Origin: Candidatus Fermentithermobacillaceae bacterium
GTDB lineage: Bacteria; Bacillota; Sulfobacillia; Fermentithermobacillales; Fermentithermobacillaceae
DNA length: 64,000 nucleotides
NCBI GenBank assembly: GCA_012840345.1
Contig: DULO01000034.1
Span: 3,013 to 67,012, forward strand
Reading direction: 5' to 3'
Below, piece by piece: positions 19,179 to 30,989 of this stretch. Each line of letters opens with the position of its first letter. The first letter of the stretch is position 1. Made by a program: the position numbers and the translations under genes. The notes beneath the pieces were generated by a model. The model did no database searches, was not told the origin of the DNA, and saw nothing but the letters and a program-made list of their open reading frames with translations.

Positions 19179-20975
19179 TCACGCCAACGAGACCACAACC
19201 GTCTTCTGACCCGTATAGGTAACAAACCCTGGAGCCCCGCCACGGGGCTTCTTTACTCTCATAGCGTCCACGAGGTCAACCTCTACCTTAGTGGCGCCGG
19301 ATGCCTGCGACTTCTCGGCAGCTAGTCGGGCGGCCGCAAGCAGCATCTCGTCTGACGGTTCAGATCCTTCCGGGGGACGGAGCAGGACGTGAGCGCCCTT
19401 GGTCCCCTTGGCGTGGAGCCATACGTCTCCGGGCCTCCTTAACTTGGATACGAGGTAATCATTGGCTTTGGCGTTGCCGCCCACGTAGATGACGGACCCG
19501 CCGGGTCCGGACAGCTGTTGGATGCCCGCCGGCAATCTCGCACCCGCGCCTTCGACCGGCTCCGACCCGCTCGCGGGACGTCCACCGCTGCCGTAATCCG
19601 ATCCGGCGAACCCACTCCCCGTAAGCCTTGAGGTTCCGCTCCTCTTTCCCCTCACTCCCCGGACCTTTATCCCGGCTTCTGCCGCTGCCTTCTCGATGAT
19701 GCCGATGGCGCGATAGACTTCATCCAGCGATGTCATCTTCTCCGCGGCCTTAAGTCTCTCCAGCTGAGCCCGAAGCTTCCCGGTGGATTCTCGGAGGACC
19801 TTGGCCGCCCTGACCATCTTGGCGTACTTGGCGAAGTAGTTCCTGGCGTTGTCCCTTGACGAGTACCTGGGATCCAATGGGATGACTGTGGGAGCTGGAG
19901 GGTCTTTGTAGTAATCAAGTACCTCCACTTGGTCTAGCCCCGGACCTACGGAAAGACCGGACGAGTTCAAGAGCTCTCCCCAAAGCCTGTACTTGCCGGC
20001 GTCTTCCGCCGCCATGAGGTCTTCCCACTGGGCGCTCAGCCGGGCTTCCAGTTTCTTTTGCACTTTCCGGTACAGGGACGAAGCGTACGAACGCAAAGCT
20101 TCCTCCTCGTGTCTCCCCAAAGACAAGGAACGGCTGGCCTGCGCGGCCTCAAGCACGGTCTCAAAGGTCCGGACCGGCTGAAGATGGAAAAGGGGGAGGG
20201 CGTGGAAGAAAACGTCCCCCTTGGCGGTCTCGTATATAGCCGGGAAATATCTCCCCTGGACAACGCTGTCGGACAGGTCCTTAAGGCAAGCGACGACCGC
20301 CTCTCTCGCGTCGTCGGACAAGGGGGAGTCCGCCTGAGCTTTCGCTCGCGCGAGGACCGAGAGCGCCAAATCCCGTCCGAGTCCCTGGACCGTTCGCGTG
20401 AGGGCCCGCAGGGCGGGGCCTTTCTCTTCCCTCAACGCGCGGTCCAGTTCCTCACGTTCGAAAGAAGAGATGATGTCCAGGCGGTCTTTTTCAGGGGGCG
20501 TGTACGGCCCGTCGTTGTCAAAGCGGCTTCCGTCGGGAGGCATCGCCGCGGCGATCAACCTGTCGTCTTTGTAAAGGCCGATGTTGGCCCCTTTTCCGGC
20601 CATATCAAACACCAGCGTGAAAAGAGCGGTGTTCCCAAAATCGTCGTGGCCCCAAAAATCCAGATACACGACCCTGTCCAGGCCTTCTTGGCGAACCGCG
20701 GTCAAGGGGCCGCCTTCTAGGCGCTTACGCAAACCCAGGCAAAAGCCCGACGGGACCTTCGGGTTTTCCCGTCTCTCGTCTGAAAAGCCAAAGAAGGGGA
20801 GACCCCCCTCCAGGCTTAGGACCAGCTTCGCCCGGATCTCGGGGCTCCACACCGAAAAGGAAAGGACGGGCGTTACGGGCTGCTGGATCTTCTGCACTCT
20901 CAGAGGCAGGTATCCGGACAGTTCTTTCAGTATACAGTAGAGGGTGATGCCGTCCAAATGGCTCTCCTCCTTCAA
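19179..20975 (-). CDS. rqcH: RqcH/FbpA (NFACT-family ribosome quality control protein, YloA-like)
   Basis: N-terminal NFACT-N-like region, central coiled-coil, C-terminal NFACT-R-like basic region. About 600 aa. Convergent with pyrD with 3-nt spacing. Confidence 0.65.
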   Translation of the reverse strand: MKEESHLDGITLYCILKELSGYLPLRVQKIQQPVTPVLSFSVWSPEIRAKLVLSLEGGLPFFGFSDERRENPKVPSGFCLGLRKRLEGGPLTAVRQEGLDRVVYLDFWGHDDFGNTALFTLVFDMAGKGANIGLYKDDRLIAAAMPPDGSRFDNDGPYTPPEKDRLDIISSFEREELDRALREEKGPALRALTRTVQGLGRDLALSVLARAKAQADSPLSDDAREAVVACLKDLSDSVVQGRYFPAIYETAKGDVFFHALPLFHLQPVRTFETVLEAAQASRSLSLGRHEEEALRSYASSLYRKVQKKLEARLSAQWEDLMAAEDAGKYRLWGELLNSSGLSVGPGLDQVEVLDYYKDPPAPTVIPLDPRYSSRDNARNYFAKYAKMVRAAKVLRESTGKLRAQLERLKAAEKMTSLDEVYRAIGIIEKAAAEAGIKVRGVRGKRSGTSRLTGSGFAGSDYGSGGRPASGSEPVEGAGARLPAGIQQLSGPGGSVIYVGGNAKANDYLVSKLRRPGDVWLHAKGTKGAHVLLRPPEGSEPSDEMLLAAARLAAEKSQASGATKVEVDLVDAMRVKKPRGGAPGFVTYTGQKTVVVSLA

Positions 20976-21016
20976 CGTCCTGAGTATACCTTAAACCCGC
21001 GCCGGGGTGATGTCCT

Positions 21017-21379
21017 GTGCTAGACGACAAGAAGCTCTATTCGTTCCAAGAAGCCGGTTTTCAGGTTTTCCGGAAGGACGGCAAAACAAAACTAGTGAAG
21101 GGCAGGTGCGAAGTCCACCTTTCCGCGGTAGAGGGCAGCCTCATGATGGCCATACCGGTCGTGAGGATCCAGCGGCAAGGCCAATTGCCGGCAAGGGTTA
21201 CGGAGTACTTGACTGACAGGAACGCGGCCCACGGAGGGCCGGGCAGGTTTGAGATCGAGGGCGGTATGATCTGGTACCGGGCGTTCGCGCGGCCGGATGA
21301 CAGGCCGGAGGCGGTCGCGGAAGGCACGGTATCCGCGGTGGAAAAGATCGGGCCAAAGATCCTGAACCTTCTCAAATAA
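21017..21379 (+). CDS. Small YbjN-like (type III secretion chaperone-like fold) protein
   Basis: 120 aa. Weak resemblance to the YbjN/DUF family. Weakly supported. Confidence 0.3.
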   Translation: MLDDKKLYSFQEAGFQVFRKDGKTKLVKGRCEVHLSAVEGSLMMAIPVVRIQRQGQLPARVTEYLTDRNAAHGGPGRFEIEGGMIWYRAFARPDDRPEAVAEGTVSAVEKIGPKILNLLK

Positions 21380-21475
21380 GTCTGGGCAGAAGTTCGAGCG
21401 GAAGCTCACGCGGAAGGAGTCCTCCCGAAGGCAAAGAAATCCATAGTGCCAACCCAAAGAAAGTGAGGTCCAGCC

Positions 21476-23122
21476 ATGCCAGCTAAAGCTATTACGGCTC
21501 CCAGAGGGCAGACCCTGTCGTGCAAAGGGTGGCAACAGGAAGCGGCCCTCAGGATGCTAATGAACAACTTGGAGGTCGCGGAGAAACCGGACGACCTTAT
21601 CGTCTACGGCGGAACAGGAAAAGCGGCACGGAACTGGGAATGCTATGAGGCCATCGTGAGAACCCTCAAGGACTTGGAGAGCGACGAGACGCTCTTGGTC
21701 CAGTCGGGCAAGCCCGTGGCGGTGTTCCGGACCCATTCTCTTGCCCCTAGGGTACTCATCTCCAACGCCATGCTCGTGCCCAAGTGGGCGACGTGGTCCG
21801 ACTTCTGGGAACTGGAAGGAAAAGGCCTCACCATGTACGGCCAGATGACGGCCGGAAGCTGGATTTACATAGGAACCCAAGGGATACTCCAAGGAACCTT
21901 TGAGACCCTGGCTTCCCTGGCCAAGATCGAGTTTGGCGGGAGCCTCAAAGGAAAGCTGGTGCTCACCGCCGGACTGGGAGGAATGGGAGGGGCCCAACCC
22001 CTTGCCATCACCATGAACGACGGAGTCGGCATCATAGTCGAAGTCGACCCGGCAAGACTCGAGAGAAGGCTTCTGGGCAAGTTCGTGGACACACAGGCAA
22101 AGGACCTGGATGAGGCCATATCCATGGCCAAAGACGCCCTGTCCCGGGGCGAACCCCTGTCCATCGCCCTGCTCGGAAACGCTTCCGAGGTGTTCCCGGA
22201 AATGATAAGGCGCGGCGTGATCCCTGACGTGGTGACCGACCAGACCTCCGCGCACGACGCTCTAAACGGGTATGTCCCGGGAGGAATGCCTTTGGAGGAA
22301 GCCTACGCCCTCAGGAAGAGTAACCCCGACGAGTACGTGAAGCGCTCCATGGAGTCCATGAAAAGGCACTGTGAAGCCATTGTAGAGATGAAACGGCGGG
22401 GCGCGGTCGCTTTCGATTACGGAAACAACCTCAGGGGGCAGGCGTATGCCGCGGGATTCGAGGACGCTTTCGCCTATCCGGGATTTGTTCCGGCCTACAT
22501 CCGTCCCTTGTTCTGTGAAGGAAAGGGCCCCTTCCGCTGGGCCGCTCTTTCCGGCGACCCTCAAGACATCTTGGCCACAGACAGGGCGGTGCTCGAGTTG
22601 TTCCCGGACAACGCCATCTTGCGCCGCTGGATCGAAAAGGCCGAAAAACACGTGCCGTTCCAGGGATTGCCCTCCAGGGTGTGCTGGCTCGGCTACGGCG
22701 AGAGAAAGGCGTTCGGGCTCAGGATCAACGAGATGGTGAGGACCGGGGAACTCAAAGCGCCCATTGTCATCGGACGCGATCATCTGGACACCGGTTCGGT
22801 CGCTTCTCCTTACAGGGAGACCGAGGGCATGAAAGACGGCTCGGACGCTATAGCGGACTGGCCCATCCTAAACGCGCTGATAAACGCGGTCTCAGGGGCG
22901 AGCTGGGTGTCGGTGCACCACGGAGGAGGCGTCGGAATCGGTTTGTCCATCCACGCGGGCATGGTAGTGGTGGCAGACGGCTCCGATGAGGCCGGCTGGC
23001 GCCTCGAGAGAGTGCTGGATACCGACCCGGGCATAGGAGTCGTACGGCACGCCGACGCGGGGTATGACGAGGCCATCGATACCGCGCGAAGGCACAACCT
23101 TAAGATGCCGATGCTGAAATAG
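21476..23122 (+). CDS. hutU: Urocanate hydratase
   Basis: About 550 aa, conserved across urocanase: '[10 protein letters not shown]', '[18 protein letters not shown]', '[10 protein letters not shown]'. Confidence 0.9.
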   Translation: MPAKAITAPRGQTLSCKGWQQEAALRMLMNNLEVAEKPDDLIVYGGTGKAARNWECYEAIVRTLKDLESDETLLVQSGKPVAVFRTHSLAPRVLISNAMLVPKWATWSDFWELEGKGLTMYGQMTAGSWIYIGTQGILQGTFETLASLAKIEFGGSLKGKLVLTAGLGGMGGAQPLAITMNDGVGIIVEVDPARLERRLLGKFVDTQAKDLDEAISMAKDALSRGEPLSIALLGNASEVFPEMIRRGVIPDVVTDQTSAHDALNGYVPGGMPLEEAYALRKSNPDEYVKRSMESMKRHCEAIVEMKRRGAVAFDYGNNLRGQAYAAGFEDAFAYPGFVPAYIRPLFCEGKGPFRWAALSGDPQDILATDRAVLELFPDNAILRRWIEKAEKHVPFQGLPSRVCWLGYGERKAFGLRINEMVRTGELKAPIVIGRDHLDTGSVASPYRETEGMKDGSDAIADWPILNALINAVSGASWVSVHHGGGVGIGLSIHAGMVVVADGSDEAGWRLERVLDTDPGIGVVRHADAGYDEAIDTARRHNLKMPMLK

Positions 23123-23261
23123 GGGCCACTCTCTCACGAAAACTCGGACCGGATGAAGACAGGCGTCCTTTCTGGACGCCTGTTGCGCTTCCCGGCAGGA
23201 TATGGGCTTGTGACCTAGAAGGATTTCTACTGGATAGGCTCCGAAAAGGCGGGGAGAATTA

Positions 23262-24590
23262 GTGAAAATGGAAAAAGAAGACCTAAAGCAAAGAACCCTT
23301 TCCGTTATCGACGACAAGGCCCAGGAGATAATCGAAATCGGGCAGGACATCTTCGCCCATCCGGAACTAGGGTACAAAGAGTTCCGTACGTCCGAGATCG
23401 TCGCCGGGGCCTTGGAAAAGCTCGGACTTCCGGTAAGGAAGGGGCTTGCCATCACAGGGGTAGCCGCCCGCCTGGATGGACGGTCGGAAGGGCCGAACGT
23501 TTGCGTAATGGGCGAGCTGGACGCGGTGGTTTGTCCCGGGCACCCTTACGCCGACAAGGTTTCGGGCGCGGCTCACGCGTGCGGGCACAACGGTCAAGTG
23601 GCAGGGATGCTCGGCGCGGCCATGGGGCTGGTGCTGTCCGGAGCCGCGGAGCATCTTTCGGGCAGCGTGACGTTCCTCGGAGTGCCGGCGGAAGAATACG
23701 TTGAGCTCGAGTACAGGCAAAAACTCAGGGAAGAGGGCAAGATCCAGTTCTTCGGGGGCAAACAGGAACTCTTGGCCAAGGGCTTTTTCGACGACGTGGA
23801 TATGGCGATGATGGTTCACATGGGCTCCATGGGGGACAAGTGCAAGGTCTCCATGGGAGGTACCTCAAACGGGTTTATCGGTAAACTGATAAGGTACAAA
23901 GGGGTGGAAGCCCACGCGGGAGCGGCGCCTGATTTGGGCGTAAACGCCCTGAACGCCGCGCTCTTGGGACTCATGGCCATACACGTCCAGAGAGAGACGT
24001 TTAAGGACGAAGACCACATCAGGGTGCATCCCATCATCACCAAAGGTGGGGACTTGGTCAACGTAATCCCCGCGGACGTCCGTATGGAAACTTACGTGAG
24101 AGGCAAGACAATGGAAGCCATAAAAAGCGCGTCGGTCAAGGTCAACAGGGCGCTTCGCGCCGGGGCACTCGCCACGGGCGCCGAAGTCACTATTGAGGAG
24201 CTGCCAGGGTACCTGCCGAGGATCAATTGCGATGAGCTCACGGAGGTTTGCAGGGCCAATGCCGTATCCTTGGTCGGCGAAGGTATGGTGCAGGAAGGGA
24301 AACACGGGTCAGGTTCTTCGGACATTGGGGACCTCATGCACGTGATGCCCGCCATCCATCCAACGTGCGCGGGAGCTCAGGGCGCGGCCCACTCGGAAAG
24401 GTTCTCCATCGAAAACCCGGTGGACGCTTACATCCTGCCCGCCAAACTGATGGCATTGACAGTAGTTGACCTTTTGTGGGATAACGCGGCTCGCGCAAGA
24501 AGCGTCCTCAAGAATTTCAAGCCTGTTTTCAGCAAAGAACAGTATTTCGCTAACTGGAACGAGGTCTTGGCCTCGCCTGGCGAGCGGTAG
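23262..24590 (+). CDS. M20D-family amidohydrolase
   Basis: 'AHACGHNGQVAGMLGAA' motif. Second M20D paralog in the window. GTG 23262 or ATG 23268. Confidence 0.7.
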   Translation: MKMEKEDLKQRTLSVIDDKAQEIIEIGQDIFAHPELGYKEFRTSEIVAGALEKLGLPVRKGLAITGVAARLDGRSEGPNVCVMGELDAVVCPGHPYADKVSGAAHACGHNGQVAGMLGAAMGLVLSGAAEHLSGSVTFLGVPAEEYVELEYRQKLREEGKIQFFGGKQELLAKGFFDDVDMAMMVHMGSMGDKCKVSMGGTSNGFIGKLIRYKGVEAHAGAAPDLGVNALNAALLGLMAIHVQRETFKDEDHIRVHPIITKGGDLVNVIPADVRMETYVRGKTMEAIKSASVKVNRALRAGALATGAEVTIEELPGYLPRINCDELTEVCRANAVSLVGEGMVQEGKHGSGSSDIGDLMHVMPAIHPTCAGAQGAAHSERFSIENPVDAYILPAKLMALTVVDLLWDNAARARSVLKNFKPVFSKEQYFANWNEVLASPGER

Positions 24591-24623
24591 GACTCAAGGC
24601 AGTATTCACGGGAGGTTGGTTTC

Positions 24624-27365
24624 GTGCGTCAAACTCGGTGGCTCTACATCCTGATAGGCTTGGCGGCGCTTTTGGCTGTGGCGGGCACGGGGCTCGCGAC
24701 CTTCTATACCAATATCCTCTGGTTTCAGAAGGTAGGATACCTGTCCGTCTTTATGAAGATCCTGTCGGCTAGAGCCACCGTGGGACTACTCGGCGGGCTG
24801 TTCTTCTTCTTGGTCACGTACGTGAATTTGAGGATCGTCCTGTGGAACAGGACCCAACTTACCTTAGTCGGCGGGCTGGTAATGCCCGTTCCGCTGTCTG
24901 TGACAAGGCGAGTCGGGACCTTCATGCTCCTGGCTTCGGCGGTGGTGGGAGTTTTGGGAGGACTCGCTGCGTACACCCAGTGGCACGTGATCTTGGCCTT
25001 CTTTTACCAGACGCCCTTTGGGATCGCCGACCCCCTCTTCGGTAAGGACGCGGGTTTCTATATCTTCAGCCTGCCGTTCATAAGGCTCGTCCAGCAGCAT
25101 TTGTGGGTGGCCCTAGTGGCCGCGTCGGTGGTCTCGGCGGCGGCGTACTTTCTCTTTGGCGACCTAAGGTTCGCCCCCAGGCGGGTCATCCTCGATAGGA
25201 GGGCCCGCACCCACCTGTCTGTCTTGGCGGCATCCCTGTTCGCCCTGAAGGCTTGGGGGTACCAGATCAGCATTTGGGACCTTATGTATTCTCCGAGAGG
25301 CGCCGCTTTCGGGCCTTCCTACACCGACGTGAACGCCCAAGTGCCCGCCTACAAAATCCTTGTGGTGGTCGCCGCGTTGGGCGCGGTCCTGTCCCTTATG
25401 GGAATCGCGATACGAAGTTTCAAGTGGGTGGGATACTCCGCGGCGGCCCTAGTAGTCCTCGGCCTGCTCGCCGGATACGCTTACCCGTCCTTCATGCAAC
25501 AGTTTACGGTTTCCCCCAACGAACTGGCTTACGAGATCCCTTTCATAGAGCACAACATCAGGTTCACCCGCAGCGCCTTTGGGCTGGATAGAATTGAGTC
25601 GGTGTCTTTCCCGGCCACAGAAGACCTCACGATCGCCGATATACAGGCAACCCCAGACATTGTGCGGAACTTCAGGCTGTGGGACTACCGCGTCATGAAG
25701 GACACCTACACCCAGCTTCAGGAGATCCGCATGTACTACAAGTTCAACGATGTGGACATTGACAGGTACCGCATCGGAGGCCAGTACCGGCAAGTGCTCC
25801 TGTCCGCCAGGGAACTGGACATTGGATCGTTGCCTCAAGACGCCAGAACGTGGATAAACCTGCACCTGAAATACACACACGGGTATGGGATAGTCATGAG
25901 CCCGATTTCGGAAATGGAGGGCGCGGGGAGGCCCAGCTTCTATTTCTCCGACATACCGCCGGTGAGCGCCACAGATCTACAAGTCCTGCGCCCTGAGCTG
26001 TACTTTGGGGAGATGGCCAACCACTACATAATAGTCAACACAAAGGAACCCGAGTTTGACTATCCTCGAAGCGACACGGAAGCCAACGAGCCGACCTTCT
26101 ACAGCGGGACCGCGGGCGTGCCGCTTAAGAGCTTCCTGACCCGGCTCGCGTTCGCGCTTCGGTTCGCCGACTATCAAATCCTGGTCTCGGGCGCCATCAC
26201 GCCCGAGTCCCGGCTGGTGATGCGCAGGAACATATACGATCGGATACAGACTGTGGCGCCGTTTTTCATGTACGACAACGACCCGTACATTGTCTTGGCC
26301 GAGGGCAAGCTATACTGGATAGTCGACGGGTATACGGTGAGCGCCAACTACCCTTACAGCCAGCCCGACTCCGAAACCGGCATCAATTACATTAGGAATT
26401 CGGTAAAGGTCGTGATAGACGCCTACGACGGGACACTAACCTTCTACCAGGCGGATACCGACGACCCGATAATCAACACCTACGCGAAGATCTTCCCGGG
26501 CCTTTTGAAGCCCCTTGACTCAATGCCGTCTTACCTCAAGGAGCATATCAGGTATCCGGTAGAACTGTTCCGCATCCAGTCCAGGGTGCTCTTGACGTAC
26601 CATATGACCGACCCGAGAGTCTTCTACAACAAGGAAGACTACTGGGAAACGCCCAAGGAGATCTACGGCGGAAGCAGGATGGAACAGCCCGTCGAACCGT
26701 ACTACATCGTTACCATTCTTCCGGGGGAAACCGAACCCGAGTACCTCCTGATCACGCCGTTTACGCCCAGAGGGAAACCCAACATGACGGCGTGGCTGGG
26801 CGCCAGATGCGATCCGGACAAATACGGGCACATGGTGTTGTTCCTTCTGCCCAAGAGCAAGCTGGTCCCGGGGCCAATGCAAGTCGAATCGCTGTTCTCG
26901 CAGAACCCGGCCATTTCCCAGGCCACAACTTTGTGGGGGCAAGGCGGTTCTGAGGTGATCAGGGGGAATCTCATCTCTATCCCCATCAAGAACTCGCTCT
27001 TGTACGTCGAGCCCCTGTACATCCAGGCCGCCCAGGTTAAGATACCTGAACTGAAAAGGGTGCTCATGTACTACGGCGGCAGGGTGGTCATGGGCACGAC
27101 CATAGAAGACGCTTTGGGACAGCTCTTTGGCGATGGGCTTCCCGAGGGGCCGGACGGCCTTCCGGGACCGGGGCGCGATGTGGCCGGCCTGGCTGCCGAT
27201 GCCGCCAGGCTGTGGCGTGAGGCTCAAGACCTCATACAGGCGGGCGACTGGGCGGGTTACGGAAGGGCCATAGAGGAACTAGGCAGGGTATTGAGCGAAC
27301 TTGAGTCGTTGACAGGCGGAAGCGCGGCGGAGAGCCCTGTCATGCCAGAGTCTCCCATCCAATGA
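24624..27365 (+). CDS. UPF0182-family large membrane protein (913 aa)
   Basis: Seven N-terminal TM helices, then a large extracytoplasmic domain. Size and architecture typical of UPF0182. Confidence 0.55.
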   Translation: MRQTRWLYILIGLAALLAVAGTGLATFYTNILWFQKVGYLSVFMKILSARATVGLLGGLFFFLVTYVNLRIVLWNRTQLTLVGGLVMPVPLSVTRRVGTFMLLASAVVGVLGGLAAYTQWHVILAFFYQTPFGIADPLFGKDAGFYIFSLPFIRLVQQHLWVALVAASVVSAAAYFLFGDLRFAPRRVILDRRARTHLSVLAASLFALKAWGYQISIWDLMYSPRGAAFGPSYTDVNAQVPAYKILVVVAALGAVLSLMGIAIRSFKWVGYSAAALVVLGLLAGYAYPSFMQQFTVSPNELAYEIPFIEHNIRFTRSAFGLDRIESVSFPATEDLTIADIQATPDIVRNFRLWDYRVMKDTYTQLQEIRMYYKFNDVDIDRYRIGGQYRQVLLSARELDIGSLPQDARTWINLHLKYTHGYGIVMSPISEMEGAGRPSFYFSDIPPVSATDLQVLRPELYFGEMANHYIIVNTKEPEFDYPRSDTEANEPTFYSGTAGVPLKSFLTRLAFALRFADYQILVSGAITPESRLVMRRNIYDRIQTVAPFFMYDNDPYIVLAEGKLYWIVDGYTVSANYPYSQPDSETGINYIRNSVKVVIDAYDGTLTFYQADTDDPIINTYAKIFPGLLKPLDSMPSYLKEHIRYPVELFRIQSRVLLTYHMTDPRVFYNKEDYWETPKEIYGGSRMEQPVEPYYIVTILPGETEPEYLLITPFTPRGKPNMTAWLGARCDPDKYGHMVLFLLPKSKLVPGPMQVESLFSQNPAISQATTLWGQGGSEVIRGNLISIPIKNSLLYVEPLYIQAAQVKIPELKRVLMYYGGRVVMGTTIEDALGQLFGDGLPEGPDGLPGPGRDVAGLAADAARLWREAQDLIQAGDWAGYGRAIEELGRVLSELESLTGGSAAESPVMPESPIQ

Positions 27366-27369
27366 AAAC

Positions 27370-27398
27370 TTGACAGGGATCGCCAAAAAAGGGTATAT
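27370..27398 (+). promoter_or_regulatory. Putative sigma-A promoter of asnS
   Basis: 'TTGACA' (27370-27375), 17-nt spacer, 'GTATATC'. Lies 5 nt after the UPF0182 stop, upstream of RBS 'ggagggg' (27421-27427). Confidence 0.45.
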
Positions 27399-27432
27399 CG
27401 AGATGACCCAAAGAAGCGCAGGAGGGGTTTTC

Positions 27433-28749
27433 GTGTCAGAAATGGACAAGGAGATATGGGACACGACGGTCTCAAAAGTCAGCCGGCACGTTGAGCAAGA
27501 AGTGAGGCTCAAAGGCTGGCTTTACAACAAGAGGTCTTCAGGGAAGATCTTGTTCCTTATCCTCAGGGACGGTACCGGCATCATCCAGTGCGTCGCCTCA
27601 AAAGCGGTCTTGGGCGACGAATTGTTTGCCAGGATGGACGGATTAAACCAGGAATCGTCCTTGATAATCCAGGGCCATGTGCGAAAGGACGACAGGGCTC
27701 CGGGCGGATACGAGGTTCAGGTTACTTCCTGTGAGATCGTCGCCGAAGCCCTTCCGGAGTATCCCATCACCTTGAAAGAACACGGCCCCGATTTCCTCTT
27801 GGATCACAGGCACTTGTGGATCCGGACCCCGACCCAAAGGTCCATACTTGCCATCCGCTCCGAAGTGATGCGGGCCTGCAGGGACTACCTGGATAGCCAG
27901 GGCTTCCTGGAAGTGTCCGCTCCGATACTTACTCCGTCCGCGTGCGAAGGGACAAGCACTCTATTTGAGACTCCGTACTTTGGGGAAAAGGCTTACCTGA
28001 GCCAAAGCGGGCAGCTCTACAACGAAGCGGCCATCATGGCCCTTGGAAAGGTCTACTGCTTCGGCCCCGCGTTCAGGGCGGAGAAATCAAAGACCCGTCG
28101 TCACCTCACCGAGTTCTGGATGGTCGAGCCTGAGGCGGCTTTCATGACTTTCGAGGAACTCTTGGTGCTGGAAGAGAACTTGATAACGTACATTATAGAC
28201 CGGGTGCTGGACAAGCGCTCTGAGGAGCTTAAGACGGTCGGACGCGACCCATCAGACCTGGAGGGAATAGCCCCGCCGTTCCCGAGAATGACCTACTCCC
28301 AAGCAGTGGAACTTCTGAAAAAGGAAAACGTCGAAATAGAGTGGGGAGACGATTTCGGGGCGCCTCATGAGACCATGCTTGCCTCGCTACACAGGAAGCC
28401 GTTATTTGTGACGCATTACCCGGCAAAGGCAAAAGCTTTCTACATGGAACCTGACCCGGAACGTCCGGAGACCGTGTTGGCCGCAGACCTCTTGGCGCCC
28501 GAAGGTTACGGCGAAATCATAGGCGGAAGCCAGAGAATATCTGACTACGCTCTTTTGAAGCAGAGGATTGAAGAACACCGCTTGCCTGTCGATGAGTATA
28601 ACTGGTACCTGGACCTCCGCAAGTACGGAGCGGTGCCTCACAGCGGTTTCGGCTTGGGCATTGAACGTATGGTGGCCTGGATTTGCCACCTGGATCACCT
28701 TAGGGAAGCTGTTCCGTTCCCGAGAACAATCACGCGCCTGCGCCCGTAG
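27433..28749 (+). CDS. asnS: Asparaginyl-tRNA synthetase. Start ambiguous: GTG 27433 or ATG 27442; ORF is open from 27370.
   Basis: Class IIb aaRS with N-terminal OB fold ('[25 protein letters not shown]') and class II motifs. About 440 aa. Confidence 0.85.
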   Translation: MSEMDKEIWDTTVSKVSRHVEQEVRLKGWLYNKRSSGKILFLILRDGTGIIQCVASKAVLGDELFARMDGLNQESSLIIQGHVRKDDRAPGGYEVQVTSCEIVAEALPEYPITLKEHGPDFLLDHRHLWIRTPTQRSILAIRSEVMRACRDYLDSQGFLEVSAPILTPSACEGTSTLFETPYFGEKAYLSQSGQLYNEAAIMALGKVYCFGPAFRAEKSKTRRHLTEFWMVEPEAAFMTFEELLVLEENLITYIIDRVLDKRSEELKTVGRDPSDLEGIAPPFPRMTYSQAVELLKKENVEIEWGDDFGAPHETMLASLHRKPLFVTHYPAKAKAFYMEPDPERPETVLAADLLAPEGYGEIIGGSQRISDYALLKQRIEEHRLPVDEYNWYLDLRKYGAVPHSGFGLGIERMVAWICHLDHLREAVPFPRTITRLRP

Positions 28750-28779
28750 AAAGCGCGTGGAGAAAGAGAGGTTTAGGGC

Positions 28780-29691
28780 GTGAGCCAAGAGATGGACCCC
28801 AAGACTCAAAAACTCAGAGAAATTGGCTCTGCCATCCGGGAACAGCGAGAACGCCTTGGGCTGTCCATCGAGGATGTCAGAGAAAAGACTTTGATCCGTC
28901 GCAAGTACCTCTTGGCAGTGGAGGAAGGTGATGACTCCGCCGCTCCAGGGCAAGTGTACTTCAAGGGATTTTTGAAGTCTTACGCTTCTTTCGTGGGTCT
29001 CGATGGACAGGCCCTGGCCAAGGAATATCAGGACTTGCTCGATCAAGCGCAGGCCGAGAAGGAGGCTCCGAAGGCCCAAAGAGCCCCTCGCGCCGCCACT
29101 CGTAGGCCCGCTCCCTCGGTGAGGAGGCAGACCGAAAGCCAGTCTCGTACCAGGCGCCCGGCCAAGCGACGGAGCAGCCCCGCTTTGCTCTTATTCACCT
29201 TGCTGTTTGTACTGGCTTTAGGAGCCTACTACTTGGCTTCCAGCGGCGTCTTGGCCGGCATTTGGCAGCCCAAAGAACCTGTGGAACAGGAACCGCCCGG
29301 CAACGAACCTGAAATACCCAACGTACCTGAAGATCCCGGCACGACAGAACCTCACGAACCGGCGGCGCCCGCCATCGCCAGGACGGATCCGAACTCTGAA
29401 ACCAGCGTGTGGGAATGCCAGAACGTAGAGCGGTTGGAGTTGACCGTGAAGGCGCTGACCGCGGAAGATTCCTACTGCTGGATCCGCGTAAAGTCTGACG
29501 GCAAAACGGTGTACGAGGGCACCATGGTGCCCGGAGAAAAACTGGAGTTCACGGGCTCGGAGGAGATAGTCGTCAGGGCAGGAAAGCCGTGGGCCATCAC
29601 CTTGAGCCTGAACGGGGAAGACCTGGGAGTAGGCGGAGAACTGGGACCGGTCAAAGACCTGGTTTTCAGGATTCCGGCGGGCACCCAGTAA
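28780..29691 (+). CDS. rodZ: RodZ-like protein (XRE-type HTH, TM segment, C-terminal DUF4115-like domain)
   Basis: N-terminal HTH 'IREQRERLGLSIEDVREKTLIRRKYLLAVEEG'. Basic/Pro-rich linker. TM 'ALLLFTLLFVLALGAYYL'. C-terminal beta domain. Confidence 0.6.
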   Translation: MSQEMDPKTQKLREIGSAIREQRERLGLSIEDVREKTLIRRKYLLAVEEGDDSAAPGQVYFKGFLKSYASFVGLDGQALAKEYQDLLDQAQAEKEAPKAQRAPRAATRRPAPSVRRQTESQSRTRRPAKRRSSPALLLFTLLFVLALGAYYLASSGVLAGIWQPKEPVEQEPPGNEPEIPNVPEDPGTTEPHEPAAPAIARTDPNSETSVWECQNVERLELTVKALTAEDSYCWIRVKSDGKTVYEGTMVPGEKLEFTGSEEIVVRAGKPWAITLSLNGEDLGVGGELGPVKDLVFRIPAGTQ

Positions 29692-29803
29692 GAGATCTGG
29701 CTCCCCAGGGCAACCTTTTTGCTGGCGGAGGGGCTTTTCTGGTTTCATAGGAGACAACTGTCGTCAATAGGATCTTGATAGCGCCTATTGAGGAAGTGTT
29801 GTC

Positions 29804-30985
29804 ATGCTGCCACGCGTCTTCCAAAAGCCAAAGCTCTTCTTACTGTTTATCTCTATTTTTCTGGCCGCGGCGCAGGTTTCCCCGACCGCCGCGGCGCCAG
29901 GCTCTCTCGAGCCCACGCCCCCGTCTTTGAGCTGCTCCGCGGCGTTGCTCATGGAGTGGCACACAGGCACCCTCATATACCAGCACAACGCGTTTAGGCG
30001 CATGCATCCCGCGAGCATAACCAAGATGATGACGGCGCTGTTGACCCTAGAGCAGGGATGCCTGGAAGACACGGTCAGGGTGTCGTGGGAGGCGGCTTCC
30101 CAACCGGGCTCAAGCATGTACCTCCGGGAAGGGGATGTGTTCACCGTCGAGGACCTCCTGTACGGCCTCATGCTGAACTCGGGAAACGACGCGGCTTGGG
30201 CACTGGCCGAGTACGTGGGGGGGACCGCGGAAGAGTTTTTCGACATGATGAACCAGCGCGCCCGCGAGATCGGCGCGGTCAACACCCGCTTCGCCAACCC
30301 TCACGGCCTGACGGACCCGAACCACTATACAACCGCTTTCGACCTCGCGCTAATCGCCAAGACGTGCCTGAAACACCCTTACTTCAGGCACCTGGTCGCC
30401 ACCAAGGAAAAGGATGTAATCGAGGCTGAAAACGGGGTTGTCACCCGCCTCGCCAACACGAACAGGCTGCTTTGGCTGTACTTGGGCGCGGACGGGGTGA
30501 AAACGGGCACTACCGATGCGGCGGGACAATGCCTTGTGGCTTCCGCGACTCGAGACGGCATGAAGCTTCTGGCGGTGGTGCTCGACAGTGCCGACCGCTG
30601 GGCCGACGCGGCGGATCTCTTGGAGTACGGCTTTGACAACTTCCGCCTGGCTCAAGTCGCCAGCGCGGGAGAGACTCTGTTGAGTCTGCCCACAACAGGA
30701 GCCATTGAAAAGACTGTCCCCGTGATCTGCGTCCGCGACCTTTTCGCGTGCGTACCCCGCTACCGGTCCGGGCTCCGGGTGGAAGTGGAACTCCCCAAAG
30801 CTGTCCCCGCCCCCACGGCCGCGGGAACCGTTGTGGGAAGGGCCATCGTCTACCTGGGCGACCAACCGTTGGGCTACACTCCGTTGGCCACAGGCGAGTG
30901 GGTAAACAAGAGGACCCCCCTGGGGATCTTCGCGCGGTTGGCTTCTTCAGTTCTAAAGAAGCTCCTCACGTCGGGGGTCCTCTGA
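29804..30985 (+). CDS. dacA: D-alanyl-D-alanine carboxypeptidase (PBP5/DacA/DacF family)
   Basis: Signal peptide, then 'SITKMMTA' (SxxK), 'LNSGND' (SxN), 'KTGTT' (KTG). Confidence 0.8.
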   Translation: MLPRVFQKPKLFLLFISIFLAAAQVSPTAAAPGSLEPTPPSLSCSAALLMEWHTGTLIYQHNAFRRMHPASITKMMTALLTLEQGCLEDTVRVSWEAASQPGSSMYLREGDVFTVEDLLYGLMLNSGNDAAWALAEYVGGTAEEFFDMMNQRAREIGAVNTRFANPHGLTDPNHYTTAFDLALIAKTCLKHPYFRHLVATKEKDVIEAENGVVTRLANTNRLLWLYLGADGVKTGTTDAAGQCLVASATRDGMKLLAVVLDSADRWADAADLLEYGFDNFRLAQVASAGETLLSLPTTGAIEKTVPVICVRDLFACVPRYRSGLRVEVELPKAVPAPTAAGTVVGRAIVYLGDQPLGYTPLATGEWVNKRTPLGIFARLASSVLKKLLTSGVL

Positions 30986-30989
30986 CCTT

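Noticed and set aside
21092-21535. 147-aa minus-strand ORF overlapping the YbjN-like gene and the hutU start
   Set aside because: Antisense to a plus-strand ORF, overlaps the hutU 5' end, and has no RBS or recognisable domain.
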